The notes beneath the pieces were generated by a model. That model worked only from the letters and a program-made list of their open reading frames with translations, made no database searches and had not been told where the DNA came from. Shown one piece after another: positions 51,052-59,240 of a stretch of 64,000 nt of DNA (position 1 is the first letter of the stretch; the number at the start of each line of letters is the position of its first letter). A program made the translations under genes and the position numbers. Origin of the DNA: a virus; the IMG/VR virus record IMGVR_UViG_3300009593_000014, positions 1-64,000 of that record; one strand, written 5' to 3'.

Positions 51052-52047
51052 TTACAAATCTAGATTCTCAACTATGCGTTCCGCAATTGAGTCCCACGAA
51101 TGCTCATTCTGGATTATTCTAGCACCTCTTAGGGCTTTTGTTTTATGATCTAAATAATCATCGGTAACTTCTTCCATCAAGGAAACCAGCATTTCATAGT
51201 CTGGCTTTATAGCTTTAGGAGCACCGCTACCGTAAGAGTCGAAATCAAGATCAACCTCCGGCATGTAGTCTTCAACACTAACCCACTCTCCACTAAGTGG
51301 CATTGACAAATCTGCATACTCTGAGCATCCTGTCTCATTAGTGCAGATTGTTGGCATGCCTGTGGCTATTGCCTGAAAGGGGATCATTCCGAAGCCCTCT
51401 CCGGTTGTGGGGTAGACCATACAATGACAATTGTTATAAAGATTCACCAGAGACTCTCTCTCTAGGTAAGTGTCTATAACTGTTATCTGAGGGTGTGGCA
51501 TAGGCAACTTATTTGCATTACTTACTTTCAATATTAAGTGATAATCATCATTGCCTTCAAATAGTTCCAAGAATGCCTTAACAACAAGATCAGCATTCTT
51601 TCTAGGTAGCTCTCCACCTACATGTAAGAAATAGAACTTTTCACCTATCTCCCTATTAACAACCTTCCAGTCTGAATGTATGCCATGAGGAACTACTTTT
51701 ATAGGGACTTCTATTCCCATACTTTCATACACATCTTTACACCAAGATGATGTAGCCCATATCTGATCGCACTTCTCCATGTTGTACTTCCAAGTATCAG
51801 GTATGCTTGTATATTCCCAAGGAGTATAACCTACATTCTTTTTACCTATCGTCTGGTAGTAAAATGGAAGGCAGTAGTTAACATGCCAAGCAGTTCCTTC
51901 TGCATTCCATATAACTTTCTGACCTAGTTTTTCTAATGCTTCAAATAAGCTTAGAGACACCTCTGTATAGCCAGAGCTTCTCCATACTGCACCTGACAGG
52001 TCTGTATCCTGCGGTGTAAACCATGATATATCTTTTCTTAAACCCAT
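51052..52047 (-). CDS. GT-B (GT4-like) glycosyltransferase
   Basis: SGY, RKN, VYPTTGEGFGMIPFQAIATGMPTI. Confidence 0.9.
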   Translation of the reverse strand: MGLRKDISWFTPQDTDLSGAVWRSSGYTEVSLSLFEALEKLGQKVIWNAEGTAWHVNYCLPFYYQTIGKKNVGYTPWEYTSIPDTWKYNMEKCDQIWATSSWCKDVYESMGIEVPIKVVPHGIHSDWKVVNREIGEKFYFLHVGGELPRKNADLVVKAFLELFEGNDDYHLILKVSNANKLPMPHPQITVIDTYLERESLVNLYNNCHCMVYPTTGEGFGMIPFQAIATGMPTICTNETGCSEYADLSMPLSGEWVSVEDYMPEVDLDFDSYGSGAPKAIKPDYEMLVSLMEEVTDDYLDHKTKALRGARIIQNEHSWDSIAERIVENLDL

Positions 52048-52244
52048 GTAATAATATCTACTCCTAGTTCTTCTAGTATTAAAGCATCCTCTTCAAGCAT
52101 CCAGTACTGAATAGGTCTTCTGCACCACTGGCATCTAGTAACGCCTAAGTACTCATCGTTGATCTCAATTACAGAAATGTAAGTTTCATCAATTACCGGA
52201 GTTGGTGGACAATCTACGCATTCAGCTAAGGCTATGTATTTCAT
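52038..52244 (-). CDS. small Zn-finger-like hypothetical protein
   Basis: CVDC...CQWC; GAGGA SD. Confidence 0.7.
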   Translation of the reverse strand: MKYIALAECVDCPPTPVIDETYISVIEINDEYLGVTRCQWCRRPIQYWMLEEDALILEELGVDIITWV

Positions 52245-52478
52245 TCTTCCTCTTTACTAGTATACTAGTATACTTAGTATATTTAGTAATGAAACAATAT
52301 TGATTATTATTTTTAATGTTTAATATTGTTGTTTGAGGCAAGCCAGCATGCTAAGCAATTGATCCTACTAGTGATATTTTGATTTCGTGCAATAAAATTA
52401 ATATTGTAACATAATTGTAATATTCTATTTTTTATCATGAACGGTTTGAAAACTAAAATCACATGGTATACTTTTCTC
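52245..52478. promoter_or_regulatory. AT-rich divergent control region (strand switch)
   Basis: Genes diverge on both sides; TACTAGTA-type repeats at 52255-52288; TTGAAA...TGgTATACT at 52446-52472. Confidence 0.7.
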
Positions 52479-52667
52479 ATGGATACAAAAAGAATCGCAA
52501 TGCTTGTTAGCTTTTGTTGGATGGCAGGACTGTCTTTAGTAGCATGGATAGCTTTAAAAATAAACGGTACTGTGGTAAACTACTTAAGTATACTGCTTCT
52601 AATCAATGTAGCATATATGTTTTGGGCACCTATAGGATTGATGACAGCGAAGCCTGACAAAAAATAA
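52479..52667 (+). CDS. small two-TM membrane protein
   Basis: Two hydrophobic helices; ATG 52479 lies 6 nt after TATACT. Confidence 0.7.
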   Translation: MDTKRIAMLVSFCWMAGLSLVAWIALKINGTVVNYLSILLLINVAYMFWAPIGLMTAKPDKK

Positions 52668-52675
52668 GGAGTAAC

Positions 52676-53020
52676 ATGAAAATCACACCAGCAACAGGAG
52701 AGGATGTCTCGGAAGTTGAAGGTATGTCCCTTACAGTTAAGCTTTTGCCCGATCTAAATGGAGGCATTGTTCCTGTTTACTATATAGCATCTCCATGTGA
52801 AGATTTTGGAATATCTATCGACTCCCTCAGAGCGTTAGTTGCTGGTTTAGAACTTGCAGCAGACGGTGTGGACTCTATGATAACCAATCTGCTGTCCTCT
52901 TTCAGAGAAGCAGCAATGCAAGAATTTCATAACCTAGGACTTCCAGAAGGACCAGTAGAGATTGATAAAATAATTCAATTCATAGCTCAACTAGAGCATG
53001 ATGATGAAGATAAAGAATAG
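52676..53020 (+). CDS. hypothetical protein
   Basis: AAGGAG SD, 114 aa. Confidence 0.75.
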   Translation: MKITPATGEDVSEVEGMSLTVKLLPDLNGGIVPVYYIASPCEDFGISIDSLRALVAGLELAADGVDSMITNLLSSFREAAMQEFHNLGLPEGPVEIDKIIQFIAQLEHDDEDKE

Positions 53021-53032
53021 TCGGTTCAAGAA

Positions 53033-53344
53033 ATGAAAGACCAAGTAGAGTATGGATCAGGAAGGGTTTTTGGAAGGGTAATAAAAGACTTCCCATATAA
53101 AGAAAGAGACTGCGGGCTATGCGACAGAAGAATGCAGTTAGTAAACGCAATCCACTCCGATCAAGACATCCACCACTACAAAGCAATCTATGTATGCGGA
53201 TATGAAAACTGCCCTGCATTCGATTATGAAGGCAGAAAGGCGTTTGTAAAGTTATACTATGCCTCAGAAGAGGCTTACAGCGTATTTGAAGATGTCCTGC
53301 TTCCGGTCTATGGACGCAGAGAAAAGACGGACGATGAAGACTAG
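53033..53344 (+). CDS. hypothetical Cys-motif protein
   Basis: CGLC...CGYENC. Confidence 0.7.
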   Translation: MKDQVEYGSGRVFGRVIKDFPYKERDCGLCDRRMQLVNAIHSDQDIHHYKAIYVCGYENCPAFDYEGRKAFVKLYYASEEAYSVFEDVLLPVYGRREKTDDED

Positions 53345-53346
53345 AG

Positions 53347-53472
53347 ATGCGAATGAAGATACCTTCAGGGCTTGAGCAGTTGTTTTGGACTTTCGTCCTG
53401 ATGTTGCCAATCATGGCGTTCACTACCCTATATATGTTATGGGTAAAGTTTGGGTGTGACGCTTGTTCTTGA
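53347..53472 (+). CDS. possible 41-aa single-TM protein
   Basis: MRMKIPSGLEQLFWTFVLMLPIMAFTTLYMLWVKFGCDACS, starting 2 nt after the previous stop. Confidence 0.4.
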   Translation: MRMKIPSGLEQLFWTFVLMLPIMAFTTLYMLWVKFGCDACS

Positions 53473-53557
53473 AATTACTTTTGGGATAATAAACCAATCA
53501 GAGCTATGATGTAATCACACCCTTAATAAAAGATATACAAGATGTCGCACAAGGGTC

Positions 53558-53809
53558 TTGGGAGTCAAATTGGATATTTTAAATATTTATGGTCTTATAG
53601 GGGTTGTAATTGCAAATACTAGTGCTATAATAATAGTGTACTTAAAAAACAAAAGAGCCAATTCCGAAAACTACGGTATAAAAAACGGTAGAGGAAATCT
53701 CTTTCAACAAGTCGGAAAGTTACAGGATGACATGGTAGAAATCAGGGAAGACGTAGCTGAAGTTAAAGGGGCCATGCGTGTACTGCTCTCCGACAAAGAA
53801 GCTAAGTAG
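53558..53809 (+). CDS. small membrane protein (N-terminal TM plus coiled coil)
   Basis: Hydrophobic N-terminus; IREDVAEVKG coil. Confidence 0.7.
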   Translation: MGVKLDILNIYGLIGVVIANTSAIIIVYLKNKRANSENYGIKNGRGNLFQQVGKLQDDMVEIREDVAEVKGAMRVLLSDKEAK

Positions 53810-53918
53810 AAATAAAAAAAGTTTATTTTATTGCAGCTGTATCGAGAACTAGCCGGAACCAGGCAAAAAATACACAATCCAGGTAGCTTTTTAAGATACT
53901 TCATGCTATACTTTCTAA

Positions 53919-53979
53919 TAGAAAGTCCTGTGGGATATAGTTCAGCTTCGGCTCTACTGCTTACTCATGGGGCTTTTTG
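53919..53979 (+). ncRNA. candidate small hairpin RNA with C(UUCG)G tetraloop
   Basis: TGcTATACT at 53904-53912; 13-bp stem with 4 G-U pairs (53922-34 / 53964-76); AGC-TTCG-GCT apex; T run. Confidence 0.45.
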
Positions 53980-53980
53980 C

Positions 53981-54010
53981 TTGACAAGATGTGCCATTTA
54001 AAGATATTAT
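53981..54010 (+). promoter_or_regulatory. sigma70/SigA-type promoter
   Basis: TTGACA-18-TATTAT. Confidence 0.7.
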
Positions 54011-54019
54011 CTATATATA

Positions 54020-54122
54020 GGGAAGTACTGTGTGTATGGGCCTCTTGTCGGTGCAAACAAGTAAGCAAGGATAGTTGATTCCATCTTAGCCTAGAGAAGT
54101 TCGATTCTTCTCCTTCCCACAA
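54020..54122 (+). tRNA. atypical or degenerate tRNA-like RNA (possible CCA/Trp anticodon)
   Basis: Acceptor GGGAAG/CTTCCC; T-arm AGAAG-TTCGATT-CTTCT; weak anticodon arm GTTGA-TTCCATC-TTAGC; D region ~28 nt too long; ends CAA rather than CCA. Confidence 0.45.
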
Positions 54123-54123
54123 A

Positions 54124-54417
54124 ATGAAAAAAGAAGATCTAGAAATCAAAGTTTGGATAGATCAAGACTTGTGCACCGGAGATGGGTTGTGTGCTGAAAT
54201 AGCACCGGCAGTTTTTCAAATGCATGATGACGGACTAGCTTATGTAAAAGAAAAAGACTGGCCTACCATCTACGGACCAGACGGAGCGCCCAAAGGCGAA
54301 CCTGCTCTAAAGATGGCTGAAGGGTTGGCTGTAGTAGAGTCTGAAGATGTAGAGGCAACCATTGAGTCGGCAGAAGAGTGCCCCGGTGAATGTATCTTTA
54401 TTGAATTGATGAACTAA
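54124..54417 (+). CDS. monocluster ferredoxin
   Basis: WIDQDLCTGDGLCAEIAP...AEECPGECI (CxxDxxC...CP). Confidence 0.92.
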   Translation: MKKEDLEIKVWIDQDLCTGDGLCAEIAPAVFQMHDDGLAYVKEKDWPTIYGPDGAPKGEPALKMAEGLAVVESEDVEATIESAEECPGECIFIELMN

Positions 54418-54447
54418 GCGCATCAATATTTTGATATACTTAATATT

Positions 54448-55578
54448 ATGTCTATCAATGTTTACCCGATGAGGGATGATCTGCTCAAAGCCTTGACCGA
54501 AGGTCAGGCAATATATTGGAACTCATCAACCTACTCTCCAAAAGAGGGCTATGGTTACGCATACTATAAATACACTCAGGCATTAAACAAGTTAGGAATT
54601 CACTGCATAACTCAATCAGACTTTGCACCAGAGCTAATAGATCTCTCTCATATTGTCAAATACGAAATGCTGTACGATGAAGGTCTTGAGCCTCCTTTGA
54701 TTAACCACTGCCTACCTGAAATGTACTTACACACTAATTCTTACAATATAGGAATGACATACTGGGAGACAGACGCTGTTCCAAATCACTGGATAGATTT
54801 TATGTACCGAATGGATGAAATATGGACTTCATCAAAGTATGTAAAGGATGTTTACCTAAAACAAAATGTAAACGAAAAGATATTTGACTTCAATCAAGGA
54901 ATTGATCCAGAGATATATAAAGTAAATTTCAATGAACCAGAAAGAGAACAGTTTACTTTTTTATCGTTCGGATCTCCCTCGTCTAGAAAGAATGCTCAAT
55001 ACACATACGATGCATTTATGGAACTCTTCGGGGGTGATGAAAGATATCATCTCATAATTAAATCATCTGGACCTTCGGATGTCAGGAATATACAAGAAGG
55101 AGTAAACCTAGGTGCTGTAAAGAATAGCTCTCAAGTAACAGTAATTGAAGAAATGCTGTCGGAAGAAGAAGTTGCTCAGCTATTAAGAAGCGTGCATTGT
55201 TTGGTGTACCCAACATCAGGAGAAGGGTGGGGATTGGTTCCCTATTCCGCAATAGCCAGCGGGACCCCTACAATATGTACCAACGCTACGGCGTGCGAAG
55301 AGTATGCCGAGCTATCAATACCAATAGACTACACATGGAAAGAGCCATGGCAGGCTGCCGGTGTCTATTCTCATGGTGGGAAGTGGGCAATGCCTGACTT
55401 AAATCAACTTAGGGAAAAAATGCAAAGCGTTACTGAAAACTACGATGCATACAAAAGCATGACTATTAGATCAGCACAGACTTTGCAAAATACACATACT
55501 TGGGATAGGGTTGCTTTGAAAATGGGAAAACATTTGGTAGACTCTGGAATTATAAGCCAAATAAAAGTAGGAAAGTAG
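54448..55578 (+). CDS. GT-B (GT4-like) glycosyltransferase
   Basis: EGYG, RKN, VYPTSGEGWGLVPYSAIASGTPTI. Confidence 0.9.
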   Translation: MSINVYPMRDDLLKALTEGQAIYWNSSTYSPKEGYGYAYYKYTQALNKLGIHCITQSDFAPELIDLSHIVKYEMLYDEGLEPPLINHCLPEMYLHTNSYNIGMTYWETDAVPNHWIDFMYRMDEIWTSSKYVKDVYLKQNVNEKIFDFNQGIDPEIYKVNFNEPEREQFTFLSFGSPSSRKNAQYTYDAFMELFGGDERYHLIIKSSGPSDVRNIQEGVNLGAVKNSSQVTVIEEMLSEEEVAQLLRSVHCLVYPTSGEGWGLVPYSAIASGTPTICTNATACEEYAELSIPIDYTWKEPWQAAGVYSHGGKWAMPDLNQLREKMQSVTENYDAYKSMTIRSAQTLQNTHTWDRVALKMGKHLVDSGIISQIKVGK

Positions 55579-55585
55579 AAAAATT

Positions 55586-56767
55586 ATGAGCAACATTAAA
55601 TGGCCCCTCATAAACAACACAATAGAAGACAATCAAAAGTCTATAATGGCTGACTTCATTATGAACTCAGATCGCTTCACTCAGGGCGAAAAGGTTAAAG
55701 AGTTTGAAAAAAAATGGTCTAAGTGGCAAGGTGCAAAACATTCTGTATTTGTTAATTCTGGAAGCTCAGCAAACTTAATATTACTAGACGCTATAAAAGA
55801 ACTCTACTTTCCAGAGAGAACTCCAAACATACTAGTACCTGCATGCACATGGTCAACAACACTTTCGCCTTTAATTACTTTGGGCTACAATCCTGTATTT
55901 TGTGATGTAAGCCTTAGTGACTATGGTTTTGACGTTACTGGTCGAAGCAGCCAGCCGGGACATCGGGTTGTGAGTGAAGACATAGACATTATATTTTTTA
56001 CCCATCTACTGGGGCTTCCATCAAACGTTTCTTTGATGAAAAGTCTTTTCCCTAACGCAATGGTGCTTGAAGATTGTTGCGAGGCTCATGGTGCATTAGT
56101 GAATGGCAATAAAGTTGGAAACCATGGTCAAGGCTCTACTTTTAGTTTTTACTACGGACACCACATGACAACAATAGAGGGCGGCATGGTGTCAACAAAT
56201 AACGACATACTATATGATAAGCTACTAGCAAAAAGATCTCATGGACTCGCTCGGGAAACTGAGCAACTGAAGTCCGTTAGTAAAAATTATTCAGACATTG
56301 ACCCGAGATTTCTTTTTTTAACAACAGGATACAATGTCAGGAGTACTGAATTAAATGCGGTACTTGGAATACACCAGTTAGACGACCTAGATGAATCCAT
56401 ATCAAAAAGACGTTCAAATTTTATAACATTCCGAACCATACTTCAAGATATTGGTGACATGTTCTTGTTTCCCAAAACAATTGGGAATAGTTCTTTTGCA
56501 CTACCTTTCATGTGCAAGGACGTAGATAAAAACAAGCTAGAGTCGTATTTGCAATCTCAAGGAATTGAGACCAGACCATTCTTGGCTGGCAATATGCTTC
56601 GTCAACCTTTTCTACATTATTTAGATAATGATCCAAAAGACTATCCAAATGCGGAGTTTTTACATAATAATTGTTTCTACATAGGAAACAATCAACACAT
56701 CGGACTAAAAGAACTAAACTGGCTGAATGGAGTGCTGCGTGAATTTTTTAATATGCACAATAGTTAG
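55586..56767 (+). CDS. DegT/DnrJ-family PLP enzyme, ColD-type (NDP-keto-sugar 3-dehydratase-like)
   Basis: VNSGSSANL, EDCCEAHG, SFYYGHHMTTIEGG (His at the usual Schiff-base Lys), RSHG, GIETRP. Confidence 0.85.
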   Translation: MSNIKWPLINNTIEDNQKSIMADFIMNSDRFTQGEKVKEFEKKWSKWQGAKHSVFVNSGSSANLILLDAIKELYFPERTPNILVPACTWSTTLSPLITLGYNPVFCDVSLSDYGFDVTGRSSQPGHRVVSEDIDIIFFTHLLGLPSNVSLMKSLFPNAMVLEDCCEAHGALVNGNKVGNHGQGSTFSFYYGHHMTTIEGGMVSTNNDILYDKLLAKRSHGLARETEQLKSVSKNYSDIDPRFLFLTTGYNVRSTELNAVLGIHQLDDLDESISKRRSNFITFRTILQDIGDMFLFPKTIGNSSFALPFMCKDVDKNKLESYLQSQGIETRPFLAGNMLRQPFLHYLDNDPKDYPNAEFLHNNCFYIGNNQHIGLKELNWLNGVLREFFNMHNS

Positions 56768-57446
56768 AAATCGTGCCCAACGACTACCTATGTGGGAAAG
56801 TCAACTATCAGAACTAACAAAAATGCGACCCGATGACTCTTTTGAGCTATCTGTTTACGAAAACGACTCAGATGATGATTCCTTGGCTACTTTGATGTCT
56901 TTTGGTTATGAAGGATTTGACGCTGTTCGTATAAAAACCGAAACACTTAACACACCATATTTTGGAAGCGTTCAGGACTCAGAAAGAGTGCGACTGCTTG
57001 CCAATGCAAGAAACCAATGCTTAGACTATCACAATCTAAAGAAATTTGATAAAATAATTTTTGTTGAACCCGATGTTGAATATAAGATACCAGAAGTGTT
57101 GGAAATAATTAACCTAGATGCTGACATAGCTTCAGGCAAGACAGTGACCTTCGGTTCAGATATAGTTTACGACACTTGGGCAACCAGACTAAACTGGCTA
57201 GATAAGGAATGGGACAACACATACACCGGATCAGGCTGGATAAAAGTATGGTCAACATTTAATGGGTTCTGCGTATACAACGCCGAGCCGTTTTATTTAC
57301 ACAATGCAAGATTTTCAGGCGGGGATTGTGATACAGTACAGATATGTAAAGAATTTCAAAACTTAGGGTATAGTGATGTTTACTTCAATATGGACATTGA
57401 AATACTTCACCATACTGACAGTACTGAATATCAAATAGGAATATAG
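56739..57446 (+). CDS. GT-A fold glycosyltransferase-like protein
   Basis: YENDSDD, LANARN, FVEPDV (DxD-like), YDTWA, STFNGFCVY; GGAG SD before GTG 56739. Confidence 0.75.
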   Translation: MNFLICTIVRNRAQRLPMWESQLSELTKMRPDDSFELSVYENDSDDDSLATLMSFGYEGFDAVRIKTETLNTPYFGSVQDSERVRLLANARNQCLDYHNLKKFDKIIFVEPDVEYKIPEVLEIINLDADIASGKTVTFGSDIVYDTWATRLNWLDKEWDNTYTGSGWIKVWSTFNGFCVYNAEPFYLHNARFSGGDCDTVQICKEFQNLGYSDVYFNMDIEILHHTDSTEYQIGI

Positions 57447-57459
57447 AAATGAGGAGGAA

Positions 57460-58452
57460 ATGATAGATGGGTTGGCTTTACACCCCCGACACTTATCAGT
57501 CTGCTCTGGTATCGGGGGAATCGACCTTGGACTTGAAGCAGCACTCGGAATTCGCACCGTGGGTCACATCGAAAGGGACGCTTTCGCAGCGAGCATTCTC
57601 GTGGAGAGGATGGTTGAACAGACCTTGGATTTCGCGCCTATTTGGGACGATATCAAGACCTTCGATGGCTCAGGATGGAGTGGATGTGTGGACATCCTAT
57701 CTGCGGGAATCCCATGTCAGTCTTTTTCGCATGCCGGTAACAGGAAGGGAACAGATGACCCAAGATGGCTTTGGCCTGACGTTTATAGAATTAGTAAGGA
57801 CTGCAGGCCGGGCCAGATCTTTATTGAAAACACACCGGGACTTGTCAAAAAAGGACTTTATGAAGTTCTCTTCGATCTTGCCGAAATGGGGTACAATGCG
57901 GAATGGGGAGTGTTCAACGCAAGTGACGCATCCGCGCCCCATAGAAGACAACGCTTATTCCTTTTGGCCCACCACAGCGAACTCGACCTACAGCCATGGA
58001 TTGAACAGGCCAGCGCTTGCACAGAGCTTAGATACAGTGCCATGGGCGACTCCTACTGCGAATATCTGGAAAGAGACTGGTCCAAACATAGACTGGGATA
58101 TGCGAGACCAGAACAGGATAACGAATTTAGCGGTTCAGGCAAAGCTATGGCCTACTCCAATCACAGTGGACAGTTTAGGAGGCCATCGTCTGACCGGGAA
58201 AAACAAAGACGCAAAAAACATTGGTCTTTCTCTTACGGACGCTTCCCACCTGCACGAAACGACGCAGAAGGATGGTCAAGATGGGTCGAACGAGGACTAC
58301 CTAAACCCATCATTCGTGGAGGCAATGATGGGTCTGCCCATAGGGTGGACAGACTTCGGACCCTTGGAAATTCAGTAGTACCACAATGCGTAACATTGGC
58401 ATATACTGTATTATTAGATAGAATGTCTAGTGAACCACAACCAGTGAGGTAA
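57460..58452 (+). CDS. dcm: DNA (cytosine-5) methyltransferase, main frame
   Basis: Motif I CSGIGG, IV AGIPCQSFS, VI IENTPG, VIII PHRRQRLF, X RLRTLGNSVVP. Confidence 0.92.
   Translation: MIDGLALHPRHLSVCSGIGGIDLGLEAALGIRTVGHIERDAFAASILVERMVEQTLDFAPIWDDIKTFDGSGWSGCVDILSAGIPCQSFSHAGNRKGTDDPRWLWPDVYRISKDCRPGQIFIENTPGLVKKGLYEVLFDLAEMGYNAEWGVFNASDASAPHRRQRLFLLAHHSELDLQPWIEQASACTELRYSAMGDSYCEYLERDWSKHRLGYARPEQDNEFSGSGKAMAYSNHSGQFRRPSSDREKQRRKKHWSFSYGRFPPARNDAEGWSRWVERGLPKPIIRGGNDGSAHRVDRLRTLGNSVVPQCVTLAYTVLLDRMSSEPQPVR
57467..58378 (+). CDS. nested +1-frame ORF, probable second (TRD/motif IX) polypeptide of the C5 methyltransferase
   Basis: 303 open codons inside dcm; repeated W(P/A)T(P/T) motifs and LNPSFVEAMMGLPIGWT. 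Confidence 0.7.
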   Translation: MGWLYTPDTYQSALVSGESTLDLKQHSEFAPWVTSKGTLSQRAFSWRGWLNRPWISRLFGTISRPSMAQDGVDVWTSYLRESHVSLFRMPVTGREQMTQDGFGLTFIELVRTAGRARSLLKTHRDLSKKDFMKFSSILPKWGTMRNGECSTQVTHPRPIEDNAYSFWPTTANSTYSHGLNRPALAQSLDTVPWATPTANIWKETGPNIDWDMRDQNRITNLAVQAKLWPTPITVDSLGGHRLTGKNKDAKNIGLSLTDASHLHETTQKDGQDGSNEDYLNPSFVEAMMGLPIGWTDFGPLEIQ

Positions 58453-58454
58453 AA

Positions 58455-58610
58455 ATGCCAAAAGTAAATACAAAGAAAAAAAAGCCAATCCTTGCACATT
58501 GCTTAAGGTGTGGATGGTATATTGGTAGAAAGATACTATCAAGGGACAACAACGAATGCCCGATATGCGAAGAAGAGATCGAGGAGAATTTTAAATGGAT
58601 GGAAGAATAG
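58455..58610 (+). CDS. small zinc-ribbon protein (51 aa, below cutoff)
   Basis: GAGG SD; CLRCG...CPICE. Confidence 0.6.
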   Translation: MPKVNTKKKKPILAHCLRCGWYIGRKILSRDNNECPICEEEIEENFKWMEE

Positions 58611-59239
58611 GGGCATACTTTAATTCAAAATTTGTAGAACTTATTGACCCTAGCCTTGTAAATACCATATTTGAATTAGGAGCAGGAGATGGGCTAGACG
58701 CTATTAAGCTGAGTGAGTTTTATGACGCTGATGTTTGTGGCTTTGAATGCAACGCCAACCTATTAAAAATATGTACAGATAGGATTCTTGATTTCGATAG
58801 GGTTCGTCTAGAGCCTCAAGCAGTCTGGAGCGAAACAAAGATAATACCTTACTATCCAGTCATTAACGGAAACGACTCTGCTTCGTCTTGCTTCATGGCG
58901 GCTGATGCCTATCCATACGAACACTATATACAAGAAGAAACAACAGTTGAGGCAATAGCCCTAATGGACTTCATAGATAGTACAGATATCAAACCAGACA
59001 TGCTGTGCATCGATCTTCAGGGGGCAGAAGAGCATGCGCTCATAGGTATGGGACAGTACTTGGAAGATGTAAAGTATATAATAACAGAAGGACAGACCTC
59101 CTGCATGTATCACGGAGCATCAACAATCTTTGATATAGGACACCTACTGACTCAGTGCGGTTTTGTAATGAAACACTCCGAGTCAGTAAACGAATGGTAC
59201 GGAGATTATTTATTTGTAAACGAAGAGAAAGTGAATTAA
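58595..59239 (+). CDS. FkbM-family SAM methyltransferase
   Basis: IFELGAGDG, GFECN, IDLQGAE..AL.G, YIITE. Confidence 0.88.
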   Translation: MDGRIGAYFNSKFVELIDPSLVNTIFELGAGDGLDAIKLSEFYDADVCGFECNANLLKICTDRILDFDRVRLEPQAVWSETKIIPYYPVINGNDSASSCFMAADAYPYEHYIQEETTVEAIALMDFIDSTDIKPDMLCIDLQGAEEHALIGMGQYLEDVKYIITEGQTSCMYHGASTIFDIGHLLTQCGFVMKHSESVNEWYGDYLFVNEEKVN

Positions 59240-59240
59240 C

